A stretch of 64,000 bases of DNA from Acidobacteriota bacterium (GTDB lineage Bacteria; Acidobacteriota; Vicinamibacteria; Vicinamibacterales; 2-12-FULL-66-21): contig JANMCN010000036.1 in the NCBI GenBank assembly GCA_031361295.1, forward strand, positions 3,716-67,715, written 5' to 3'. The translations under genes were made by a program, and so were the position numbers. This document shows, piece by piece, positions 1 through 8,086 of this stretch. The notes under the pieces were generated by a model, which was not told where the DNA came from, searched no databases, and saw only the letters and a program-made list of their open reading frames with translations. How positions within the stretch are numbered: the first letter of the stretch is position 1; each line of letters begins with the position of its first letter.

Positions 1-316
1 CGACATCGGGGTTCGGATGCGCCGTGACGACGAGGGTAGCGGTCGCGGCGAGAAGCCCTTCGGAGTGCGCCTGCTCGAGCAGCCACCCGCCCGTGCGGCC
101 AGGCAGCGAGTAGTCGGTGAGCACGAAGTCGAACGACTCCTCCCGCAACGCGTCGAGCGCCCGCTCGGCAGACGAGCAGGAAGTCACCGCATACCCGGCG
201 ATCTCGAGGAGCGTCGTGAGCAGCTCCCGGATGTCCTTGTCGTCTTCCACGACGAGAATAGCCGCGCCGTCGAACGTGTCTCGGGTTTGAGAGGTGAGCC
301 AGTTCCCGCCCGCCAT
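1..316 (-). CDS. response-regulator receiver-domain protein (3' end cut by window edge)
   Basis: Manual minus-strand translation from the ATG at 316..314 gives MAGGNWLTSQTRDTFDGAAILVVEDDKDIRELLTTLLEIAGYAVTSCSSAERALDALREESFDFVLTDYSLPGRTGGWLLEQAHSEGLLAATATLVVTAHPNPD. It has the acidic pair and the phospho-acceptor Asp context. It is clearly paralogous to the REC half of 1972..2679. It is absent from the ORF track because it is truncated. Confidence 0.75.
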   Translation of the reverse strand, partial: MAGGNWLTSQTRDTFDGAAILVVEDDKDIRELLTTLLEIAGYAVTSCSSAERALDALREESFDFVLTDYSLPGRTGGWLLEQAHSEGLLAATATLVVTAHPNPDV

Positions 317-434
317 GCCTGCCTGCCCCGACGAGTCTCTCATATGCTCCGTCCTGCCGGACGCCTGTCCGGCGACTGAACCGGATGAGAGCAAATACGC
401 TGCCGGGTTTCGGCTCCCCGTAAGTGACAGAACG

Positions 435-470
435 GCGGGGCGTGACCCCGCACCAGGCCGGACGGCCTGG
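435..470 (-). terminator. two adjacent GC-rich stem-loops downstream of kaiC (possible terminator/attenuator)
   Basis: Plus-strand inverted repeats gcgggg-cgtga-ccccgc (435..451) and ccaggccg-ga-cggcctgg (453..470). They lie 60-95 nt after the kaiC stop. There is no clear U-tract. A third hairpin, gccggac-gcct-gtccggc, sits at 356..373. Confidence 0.35.
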
Positions 471-529
471 CTGGTGTGTATTCGGAGTTGACGCCGTGTG
501 TCGCTGATGTCTCAGCGGTCGGCAGTGCG

Positions 530-1975
530 CTACCTGCGGGCGCTGCGCGTGGCCGCGACCTGGTCGGCCGTGAGCTTCGTGATCTTGAGGCCGCCGGACT
601 CAATGTCGAGCGCGTATGGGTTCGGTTCGTGCCCGGAACCGCGCATCTTGATGACGCGTATCCGCCGATCGAGGCTGAAGCCGCCGATCGAATAGTCCAT
701 CGTGACGATCGCGTCGGCGATGGTCGAGAGGTAAGGGGCGCTGTGCTCGGTCACCTCGGACGTGCCGACGGTCTGGGTGATGAGCGCGCTTCGCCCGTGT
801 TCGCGAAGGATCGACGCCACGCCAATCATGAACTGCCGGAATCCTTTCTCGGACGACGCATGCTCGATGGAGGAGATGCTGTCGATGATCACGAGCGACG
901 GCTTCAGTTCCTCGAGCCCCAGCCGCAGATCGACGAGCAGGTCCTCGAGACTCGTGGCCTCGGGATAGCGACAGATCATTGTCAGGTGGCCGCTCTCGAT
1001 CGACGGCTCCATCCCCATCCCGATCGCGCGGTAATTCCGCAGCAGGATCCCGCGTGTCTCTTCGAACCCGTAATAGACGACGCGTTCACCGCGCATGGCG
1101 CCGGCCCTCGCGTAGATGCCGGCGAGCAGTGTCTTGCCGCTGCCGGTCGGACCGCGCACGATGACGATGGAGTTGCGGAGCCAGCCGCCGTGGGTCATCT
1201 CGTCCAGGCCCGCCACTCCGCTCGGATAACGCTCGACGTCCTGCCCGCTGTCGTGCGGCTCCTGCGCGTCGAGCGGGAACACGGCGAGGCCGCGGGTCGT
1301 GATGGCGCACGGGTATTCCCCTTTGTAGTGCGCGCTGCGGCGGTATTTGTTGACCTCGATCGAGCGCCGGCGGCGGCCGCCGTCCACGATGTTCCGCAGG
1401 ATGATCGTCAGGTCGCAGACGTAATCCTCGACCCCCATGGTCGTGAGCTGTCCGTAATCGCTCGGCGCTTCCGCCAGGATGACCGAGGTGACGCCGATCT
1501 TGCGCAACGCGTAAACGAGCTGGAAAAAGTGGCTCCGTAGCGCGTCGGCCGGAGGCCGCGGGCTGAAGAGCGCGGTCGCCGAGTCGATGACGCACGCGCG
1601 CGCGCCGGTCCGGCTCACCAGCGCCTCGAGGCGGTGCGTCAGGCCGGACAGGTCGTATTCGCCCGACACGAGCGTCGGCCCGTCCATCGGCCGCGTGATG
1701 TCGGCAAAGTGCAGCGTGCCCTGCCGAACCGACCGCGAGGTGGCGAGGCCGAGTGAATCACCGCTGTCCTGGAGGTCGCTCGGAGACTCTTCGACGGCCA
1801 CGATGATGGTCGGAACGCCGTCCCGGGCAAGGTTGGACGCGATTTGCAGCCCGACGACGGTCTTGCCGGTTCCGCTCTTCCCCGCAATCAGCGTCGAACG
1901 GCCCTCCGGGATGCCGCCGTGGGTCAGGACGTCCAGCCCGGGGACTCCGGTTTGCAGTTTCTTCAGTGCGCTCAT
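530..1975 (-). CDS. kaiC: KaiC-family double RecA-like ATPase/autokinase
   Basis: 481-aa ORF with two RecA-like halves. Each half has a Walker A box (GKSGTGKT; GPTGSGKT) and a Glu pair (VAVEES; YGFEET). It also carries a YLSTIADAIV Ser-Thr pair like cyanobacterial KaiC S431/T432 and an IKMRGSGH motif. Its start overlaps the upstream stop (ATGA at 1972-1975). Confidence 0.9.
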   Translation of the reverse strand: MSALKKLQTGVPGLDVLTHGGIPEGRSTLIAGKSGTGKTVVGLQIASNLARDGVPTIIVAVEESPSDLQDSGDSLGLATSRSVRQGTLHFADITRPMDGPTLVSGEYDLSGLTHRLEALVSRTGARACVIDSATALFSPRPPADALRSHFFQLVYALRKIGVTSVILAEAPSDYGQLTTMGVEDYVCDLTIILRNIVDGGRRRRSIEVNKYRRSAHYKGEYPCAITTRGLAVFPLDAQEPHDSGQDVERYPSGVAGLDEMTHGGWLRNSIVIVRGPTGSGKTLLAGIYARAGAMRGERVVYYGFEETRGILLRNYRAIGMGMEPSIESGHLTMICRYPEATSLEDLLVDLRLGLEELKPSLVIIDSISSIEHASSEKGFRQFMIGVASILREHGRSALITQTVGTSEVTEHSAPYLSTIADAIVTMDYSIGGFSLDRRIRVIKMRGSGHEPNPYALDIESGGLKITKLTADQVAATRSARR

Positions 1976-2679
1976 GCCTTCGCGTCAACTCCACAGACCC
2001 GCAGCAGGTCCGACAGCACGTCCGTCTCGCGCAGGTTGCCGAGCACCCACATCCGCGGCGCCGGGAACCGCTTCACCAGCGTCGGCGTGAACGCGATGCG
2101 ATCTTCGTCGCCCGCAAACGGTTCGCGCACGAGATCGCGGATCGAGCACTTCACCTGCGTGGCCTCGAACTGGGCGAGCAGCCGTTCGAGGTTCCGGCGC
2201 GCCTGGATCGAGGCCGGCGATGCCGAGCTGATATAGAGCACCAGTTCGACGCGGTAACCTGCGGTGTCCGACTCGATGGTGCTGTCGTGTCCGCTTCGGT
2301 CGCCTGCGGCGACCAGCAGGATACTCCTGACCTGCTCGAGGAACTGATCGAGATCGAGCGGCTTGCCGATGACGGGGATGTCCTCCACGTCGCGCACGTG
2401 CGGATGCGCCGTGACGATGACCGCTGCCGTATGGGCGAGCAGACCGAGGCGGCCCGCCTCCTGCAGCATCCATGCACCCGTGCCGCCGGGCATCGCATAG
2501 TCGCTGAGTACGAGGTTATAACGTGCCTCCTTCAGCCGTTTCAACCCCTCGTGCGCGTTTGCGGCCTCGTCGACGCGGTGACCCTCGAGCTCGAGGGCCA
2601 GCGTGAGCATCTGCCGGAGATCTTCCTGGTCATCGACCACCAGGATGCGTGCCGGGGCGGGCGCCCTCGTCGCCGTCAT
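1972..2679 (-). CDS. receiver (REC) domain - KaiB domain fusion protein
   Basis: Start re-assigned to the ATG at 2679 (MTATRAPAPARILVVDDQEDL). The Arg-rich upstream extension of track ORF 1972..3009 looks non-coding. The N-terminal half is a REC domain (LVLSDYAMPG, VIGKPLD). The C-terminal half is KaiB-like (VELVLYISSASPASIQARRNLERLL...IAFTPTLVKRFPAPRMWVLGNL). Confidence 0.85.
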   Translation of the reverse strand: MTATRAPAPARILVVDDQEDLRQMLTLALELEGHRVDEAANAHEGLKRLKEARYNLVLSDYAMPGGTGAWMLQEAGRLGLLAHTAAVIVTAHPHVRDVEDIPVIGKPLDLDQFLEQVRSILLVAAGDRSGHDSTIESDTAGYRVELVLYISSASPASIQARRNLERLLAQFEATQVKCSIRDLVREPFAGDEDRIAFTPTLVKRFPAPRMWVLGNLRETDVLSDLLRVCGVDAKA

Positions 2680-2877
2680 GCGACCATCCCCCCGATGTCG
2701 CCCTGACGATGGCTGACACCCGGACAGCCGGCCCCAAATGCACCCGCGCCGGCAAGGGGGCGACCGTCCATCATGCAGTGCGGCCCGCACACGCCAGCGG
2801 CGTCGGCGCCCAGTGCGCACCATTGCACGTCGTCGCGCGTCCGCGCCCGGGTCAGACACGTCACCGACGTCCGAAAA

Positions 2878-2893
2878 AGCAAATTTGTTGCCG
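2878..2893 (-). promoter_or_regulatory. candidate sigma-54 (-24/-12) promoter upstream of the REC-KaiB/kaiC operon
   Basis: The minus strand reads CGGCAAcaaatTTGCT versus consensus TGGCAC-N5-TTGCW, with GG and GC at the correct spacing and 2 mismatches. It lies in a short AT-rich patch about 200 nt upstream of the ATG. Alternatively it is a weak hairpin plus T5 terminator for the SDR gene. Confidence 0.3.
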
Positions 2894-2908
2894 GACGGGG
2901 CCGTTGAC

Positions 2909-3649
2909 TCAGCGAACGTGGCGTCCGCCGTCCACCCGCAGGGTTTCGCCGGTGACGAAGTCGGACTGGATGAGGAACGCAACGGCTTTGACGACCTCCT
3001 CCGCGCCACCCCATCGGCCGAGGGGGGTGGACTGCTCGACGGCGGCCTGCTCCTCCGCCGACGTGCCCGGCGGTGGGAGGATGGGGCCCGGCGCGACGGT
3101 ATTCACGAGGATCTGGTCGGCCGCAAGCTCGAGCGCGAGCGCCTCGCTCAGCCCGACGACCGCATGCTTCGCGACGTAGTACGGCAGGTAGCCCTTGTAG
3201 CGCGGCCGGCCGCTCACGGCGACCCAGTCCGAGAAGTTGACGATCCGTCCTCCGCCGGCCGCACGAAGGTGCGGGACGGCCGCATGCGCGCACAGGAAGG
3301 CGGCCTTCAGATCGACATCGATCACCCTGTCCCACGCATCCTCGTCGGTCGCATCGAACGGCACTTCCGCATAAACCGACGCCATGTTGATCAGCACGTC
3401 GAGTCGGCCAAGCGCCGCGGCGGCTGCGTCCACCAGCCTCGCGCACGCGGGACCGTCCGACAGATCGGCGCGAAACAGGAACGCACGGCGCCCGGCCGCG
3501 CGCACCGCGTCGGCGGCGTCCTCGGCCTCGCGGCTCGATCGGTTGTAGGAAAGTGCCACGTCGACGCCGCGCCGGGCCAGATCGAGGGCAATCGCTGCGC
3601 CGATGCGCCTGCCGCCCGTGATCAGCGCGGCGCGGTTGTGAAAATCCAT
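2909..3649 (-). CDS. SDR-family oxidoreductase
   Basis: Start re-assigned to MDFHNRAALITGGRRIGAAIA (Rossmann TGxxxxG). Also has the YxxxK motif (YYVAKHAV) and a C-terminal FVTGETLRVDGG. Confidence 0.85.
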   Translation of the reverse strand: MDFHNRAALITGGRRIGAAIALDLARRGVDVALSYNRSSREAEDAADAVRAAGRRAFLFRADLSDGPACARLVDAAAAALGRLDVLINMASVYAEVPFDATDEDAWDRVIDVDLKAAFLCAHAAVPHLRAAGGGRIVNFSDWVAVSGRPRYKGYLPYYVAKHAVVGLSEALALELAADQILVNTVAPGPILPPPGTSAEEQAAVEQSTPLGRWGGAEEVVKAVAFLIQSDFVTGETLRVDGGRHVR

Positions 3650-3692
3650 GGCTGCCAGGAGGGATCGAACGATCGTGGCCGGTGTGCGCTCC

Positions 3693-4568
3693 TCACACGC
3701 GCGGAAGCGTCTGACGATGGCCGAAGAAGCTGGACCAGGGCGCCTTCGCGCCCATCCTGCGCTCCGCCGTCCGAATGGTGAAGACATTCGGATCGAGACG
3801 GGGGCTCACTTCGTCCCAGTCCAGCGGCATCGAGACCGGGGCCCGCGGACGCCAGCGGACAGAGAACGGCGGCACGATTGTCTGCCCGGCGGCGTTGCGC
3901 ATGGTGTCGAGGTACACGGGCGCGCGCCGGCGGGCCTTGCGTGCCTCGACGGTCACGAGGGCCGGGTACTCGGCCGCCATCTCCGCGGCGATCGCAGACG
4001 CGTAGGCGCGAACCCGATCCTGGAGCGCGCCACGCCGGAGCGGCACGAAGACATGCAGCCCCCGCCCGCCCGACGTCTTCACGTAGGGTTCGAGGCCGTG
4101 GTCCTCGAGCTTGTCGCGCAGCAGAAGCGCCACGCGCGCCGCCGAGCCGAACCCATCGGCGGGATCCAGATCGAACGCGAGCCAGTCCGGCTTGTCGAGC
4201 TGATCAACGCGACTGTCCATCACGTGCATCGCGATGCACCCCAGATTCACGAGCGTGAGCAGCGTCTTGCGTGTGCCGCCGACGATCCACTCCACATCAT
4301 GGCCGGCCGAGGGAGCGGGGATCGACACGGTCGGGATCCCGGCCGGCAGATTGGAGGGCGCCTGCTTCTGGAAGAAGCAGGCCTTCCTCATTCCCTCCGG
4401 GCAACGCTCCAGCGTGACCGCGCGCCCCTTCATCCACGGGACGATCTGGCCGGCAATCCGCGAGTAGAACTGCGCGAGATCGAGCTTGGTCAACCCGTCG
4501 TCCGGCCAGAACGCCTTCGATGGATTGGTGATGACGGCACCGCCCAGCCTGACGCTCGGCGTCGTCAT
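3693..4568 (-). CDS. stand-alone LigD-type primase-polymerase domain protein (NHEJ PolDom)
   Basis: 291 aa. Contains FWPDDGLTKLDL..YY, LAFDLDP, KTSGGRGLHVFVPL and VYLDTMRNAAGQTIVPPFSVR, which are typical of the LigD polymerase domain. Confidence 0.8.
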   Translation of the reverse strand: MTTPSVRLGGAVITNPSKAFWPDDGLTKLDLAQFYSRIAGQIVPWMKGRAVTLERCPEGMRKACFFQKQAPSNLPAGIPTVSIPAPSAGHDVEWIVGGTRKTLLTLVNLGCIAMHVMDSRVDQLDKPDWLAFDLDPADGFGSAARVALLLRDKLEDHGLEPYVKTSGGRGLHVFVPLRRGALQDRVRAYASAIAAEMAAEYPALVTVEARKARRRAPVYLDTMRNAAGQTIVPPFSVRWRPRAPVSMPLDWDEVSPRLDPNVFTIRTAERRMGAKAPWSSFFGHRQTLPRV

Positions 4569-4852
4569 GCATCGCCCGAGCGGTTAGACAGGGAAACCTC
4601 GCAATCGCCGTATTGTGTCATTGAACCGTGGTGAACGGCACAGAACTCGGCGACATGGGGGATCGTCCCGTGAGGACCGTGGATATGTGCGAGACGTGAG
4701 GCTTGGAGAGGCGGGAGATGGTCGAGAGGCGCACGATCGACCGGAAGCGGAACGCGAAGCACCCTGCGAAAGTGCTGACGTTAGCCGCGGATGTCGTCGC
4801 CGGACCATTCCGGCGTGACCTCCTGCGCTCCGCTCCCGGTCCACCGTGCCGG

Positions 4853-4882
4853 GCGGATCCGCGCAGTCGTGCGCGGATCCGC
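4853..4882. terminator. perfect 13-bp inverted repeat (GCGGATCCGCGCA-gtcg-TGCGCGGATCCGC), likely terminator hairpin after the OmpA-family gene
   Basis: Read directly. It starts 11 nt beyond the stop at 4894. On the plus strand it is followed by a T-rich stretch (cgtcttcttt). Confidence 0.45.
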
Positions 4883-4893
4883 ACCCGTCTTCT

Positions 4894-5559
4894 TTAGGTC
4901 AACACCTTGATGACGACGCGGCGGTTCTGCGCGCGGCCGTCGCGGGTCTTGTTCGGCGCGATCGGCTTCTCTTCGCCGTAGCTGATCACGTTGATTTTGC
5001 GGAGCGGCACCTGGTGCTGGTCGTAGAGATAGCGCTTGACCGCTTCGGCGCGCTCGAGCCCGAGCTTGTAGTTCAGGTCTGCCGGGCCGGCGTTGTCGGT
5101 GTGCCCTTCGATTTCGATGTAGGCGCCGTTCGGCTCGCCCTTGAGCTTCTGCACGAGCTGATCGAGATCGGCCTTGGCCTGGTCGGGCATCGTCGCCTTG
5201 CCGAACTTGAACCCGCCCTTGTCTTCGCTGAGCGTCACTTCGTACACGAGGCGCTTGGCCGAGCGCTCGATCTCGTCGGCGCGCGTGTTCACCGCGGCGG
5301 CGGCGGCGCGGGCCTCGGCCGCGCTCTTGTTCGCGGCCTCCGCACGCTGGCCGGCGGCCTGGGCGCGCTGGTCGACCTCGGTGATCTTGCCTTCGTTGGT
5401 GCGGGTGCGCTCCTGGGTCTCCTCGACCGTCTTCGAGAGCGTCTCCACCTTCCCGTTCACTTCTCCGACCTGCGTCTTGACCATCTTCTTGGTCGCGCAG
5501 GCGGTGGTGCCGCCGAGCGCGAGCGCAAGAACCGGTATGGCGAGCACGAGCTTCTTCAT
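4894..5559 (-). CDS. OmpA-family peptidoglycan-associated lipoprotein with coiled-coil linker
   Basis: Signal plus lipobox (LALGGTTAC). C-terminal OmpA_C motifs are present (IEGHTDNAG..., NRRVVIKV). A GGAGGA SD lies 4 nt upstream of the ATG. Confidence 0.85.
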   Translation of the reverse strand: MKKLVLAIPVLALALGGTTACATKKMVKTQVGEVNGKVETLSKTVEETQERTRTNEGKITEVDQRAQAAGQRAEAANKSAAEARAAAAAVNTRADEIERSAKRLVYEVTLSEDKGGFKFGKATMPDQAKADLDQLVQKLKGEPNGAYIEIEGHTDNAGPADLNYKLGLERAEAVKRYLYDQHQVPLRKINVISYGEEKPIAPNKTRDGRAQNRRVVIKVLT

Positions 5560-5646
5560 CTTGTCCTCCGAGCTATGTTTACGACCGTTGATCAGAGCGA
5601 ACGTTGCGCCTCATCCTTTGTCAGGGGCAAAAGGCATTACCAGCAA

Positions 5647-6630
5647 TCAACGTTCCGCGTCTCCGACTGTCCCTGCCACCGTGTAGCCGGCGCGTGCGCG
5701 CACGACCAGATCCCGATCCCGTGTGCGCACCTCGAGCGGCCGCCACCCCGGCACCGTCGACGCCTCGAAGGCCAGCACATACTGATGTCGCAGCTCGTCA
5801 ACAATCTGCCGCGCCGCGACGCTCGCATGCGCAGGAGCGCTGACGGGAAAGAACTCCCCGCCCGTCCAGCGGGCCAGGTTCGACAGCGGCCCGGGCATCT
5901 CGCCATGGCCGTCCTCGCGCGTGTCGTCAATCGGCGACATGACGGCGAGGATATACACCGGCACATCGATGCCGCTCGAAATCGCGGCGACCTGCTCGGG
6001 CGTGAGACGGCTGCGGGTGTCGATCCCGTCCGTGAGCACCACGACGGCGCTCCGCTGAGGAAGACGACCGTTGCCCGACCCCGCGGCGGCGACCACTCGA
6101 GCGGTCTCCGCCACGGCGTCGTACATCGATGTCTGGCCGAACGGCGACTCGACGTGATTCAGCGCGGCTTCGAGCACCCGCAGATCGGAGGTGAAGTCCG
6201 TGACGCGATCCAGACGCGTGTCGAACGAGAATACGGCCGCCTCGTCCATCGGCCGGAGTGCCCCGAGGATCTGCTGCGCGGCCTGTCGTGCATCGACGGC
6301 CTTCGAGCCCACGCGCATGCTGCCGCTGATGTCGAAGAGGACCGCGACCTTCACCGGGCCGTCCGCCTCGGCGCGAAACTCGAGAATAGGCCTTGACCGT
6401 CCCGACTCGGCGACGATGAAGTCGGTCCGGTCCATGTTCGCCACGAACCGTCCCTTGCGGTCCCTGACGACTGCGCTGACCGAAACCACGTCAACCGAGG
6501 AGCGGAAGGTCGAGGGAGCGCGCTCCGGTTCGGTCTGCTGGGCCGGGCTCCCCTGAGCCGCCGCAGGCCGGCTGACCGGAAGCCACGAAATCGCGATGAA
6601 CCCGCCGATAGCCAGCAGACGTCTCGACAT
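5647..6630 (-). CDS. secreted VWA-domain protein (resembles the acidobacterial VWFA-related family)
   Basis: Signal peptide MSRRLLAIGGFIAISWLPVSRPAAAQG. MIDAS motif VAVLFDISGSM. Start set to the ATG at 6630; the track start at 6660 is TTG. Confidence 0.8.
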   Translation of the reverse strand: MSRRLLAIGGFIAISWLPVSRPAAAQGSPAQQTEPERAPSTFRSSVDVVSVSAVVRDRKGRFVANMDRTDFIVAESGRSRPILEFRAEADGPVKVAVLFDISGSMRVGSKAVDARQAAQQILGALRPMDEAAVFSFDTRLDRVTDFTSDLRVLEAALNHVESPFGQTSMYDAVAETARVVAAAGSGNGRLPQRSAVVVLTDGIDTRSRLTPEQVAAISSGIDVPVYILAVMSPIDDTREDGHGEMPGPLSNLARWTGGEFFPVSAPAHASVAARQIVDELRHQYVLAFEASTVPGWRPLEVRTRDRDLVVRARAGYTVAGTVGDAER

Positions 6631-6862
6631 CACCTCAAGAGTCTCCAAAGAACTTGCCAACCACGTAAGCCTCTGGTCCGATGCGGTTTAGCTGTTGAGG
6701 TGTCACTCAGAAGGCACAAAACGGCCGCTAAATTGATGTAACAGTTACCTTAGTTGCTCATTTGCCTGAGGCGTTTCTACACGAATCGATGTGATTCCCG
6801 CCGCACCTGGGCTTTTTGACTCGAACGCCCACGTTGGGCGCGGCTCGGGCTAAAATCTGTCG

Positions 6863-8086
6863 ATGCCTTCCCGCTCAGCGGCCGCGATTCGCGTCAACCC
6901 CCGGATCAGCGGTTTCGTGTATGCCATCCGGAACATCGTCGCGGAAGCCCGGAAAGTGGAAGCATCAGGCCGCAAGGTCCGCTACCTCAATATCGGCGAT
7001 CCGATTGCGTTCGGCTTCCGGACACCGCCGCACATGATCGAGGCGGTCGAGCGCGCCATGCGCGACGGCGAGAACGGCTATGCGCCGTCTGTCGGAATCC
7101 TCGCGGCCCGCGAGGCGGTCGCGGCCGAGTGCGTCCAGCGCGGCATGCCCATGTCGGCTGATCGCGTCGTGGTGACCGCGGGCACGTCTGAAGGGATCGA
7201 GCTGGCGCTCACCGCGATGGCGGGCCCGGGCGACGACGTCTTGATCCCCGTGCCGACGTATCCGCTGTATACGGCAGTGCTCGCCAAGATCGGGGCGCGC
7301 GCGGTGTTCTATCGCACCGATCCCGCCAGGGGCTGGCAGCCCGACGTCGACCACGTGCGCAGCCTGATCACGCCCGCGACACGCGCGCTCGTCGTCATCG
7401 ACCCGAACAACCCGACCGGCGCGACGTACTCGACTGAGGCCCGGCGCGCGCTCGTGAACCTCGCCGACGAACACAATTTTCCCCTGCTTGCCGACGAGGT
7501 GTATGCGGATCTGGCCTTCGACGGTCCGGTCGGCGCCCTCGCGGCGCTGAACCCCGAAGCCCCGGTTATCACGTTCTCGTCGCTGTCCAAAGCGTACCTC
7601 GCGCCCGGGTGGCGGGCAGGCTGGATGGCCGTCGCGGCGACCGCGCGGCTCGACGATGTGCTGGCAGGGGTCAAGAAGCTGGCGGACGGCCGCCTGTGCA
7701 GCACAGGCCCGATGGAGCACGCGATCGTGGCGGCGCTGAACGGCGACCGGACCCATCAGCAGGTGTTCCGCGACGCCTTGCGGGAGCGCGCGACGATCAC
7801 TCACGATCGGCTGAATGCCATCGACGGGATCTCGGTCGTGCGCCCGACGGCGGCGTTCTACGCCATGCCGAAAGTTGCCTTACCCCCCGGCGCGACGGAC
7901 GAGGATTACGTGCTTGGATTGCTCCGGGCGACGGGCGTGCTGTGCGTCTATGGATCGGGCTTCGGCACAGCGCCTGCAGACGGTTTCTTCCGCGTGGTGT
8001 TCCTGGCCTCTCCGCCCGACCTGTCCGCCATTTACGATCTGATTGCCGGCTTCACGCGGGAGTTCCTTGCCAAGCGGAACCCCTAG
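6863..8086 (+). CDS. class I/II PLP-dependent aminotransferase (AlaA/AspC-like)
   Basis: 407 aa. Contains NIGDP, the SLSKAYLAPGWRAGW PLP-lysine motif and VIDPNNPTG. Confidence 0.85.
   Translation: MPSRSAAAIRVNPRISGFVYAIRNIVAEARKVEASGRKVRYLNIGDPIAFGFRTPPHMIEAVERAMRDGENGYAPSVGILAAREAVAAECVQRGMPMSADRVVVTAGTSEGIELALTAMAGPGDDVLIPVPTYPLYTAVLAKIGARAVFYRTDPARGWQPDVDHVRSLITPATRALVVIDPNNPTGATYSTEARRALVNLADEHNFPLLADEVYADLAFDGPVGALAALNPEAPVITFSSLSKAYLAPGWRAGWMAVAATARLDDVLAGVKKLADGRLCSTGPMEHAIVAALNGDRTHQQVFRDALRERATITHDRLNAIDGISVVRPTAAFYAMPKVALPPGATDEDYVLGLLRATGVLCVYGSGFGTAPADGFFRVVFLASPPDLSAIYDLIAGFTREFLAKRNP

Noticed and set aside
2680-3009. 110-codon N-terminal extension of the REC-KaiB ORF
   Set aside because: The extension is Arg/Ser/Pro-rich and unlike a protein domain. 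It overlaps the end of the SDR gene. An internal ATG at 2679 with a G-rich SD starts exactly at the receiver domain.
5627-5643. Sigma-54-like CTGGTAAtgcctTTTGC upstream of the OmpA-family gene (minus strand)
   Set aside because: The GG-to-GC spacing is off by one nucleotide and the -24 hexamer is poor. The sigma-54 spacing requirement is strict.
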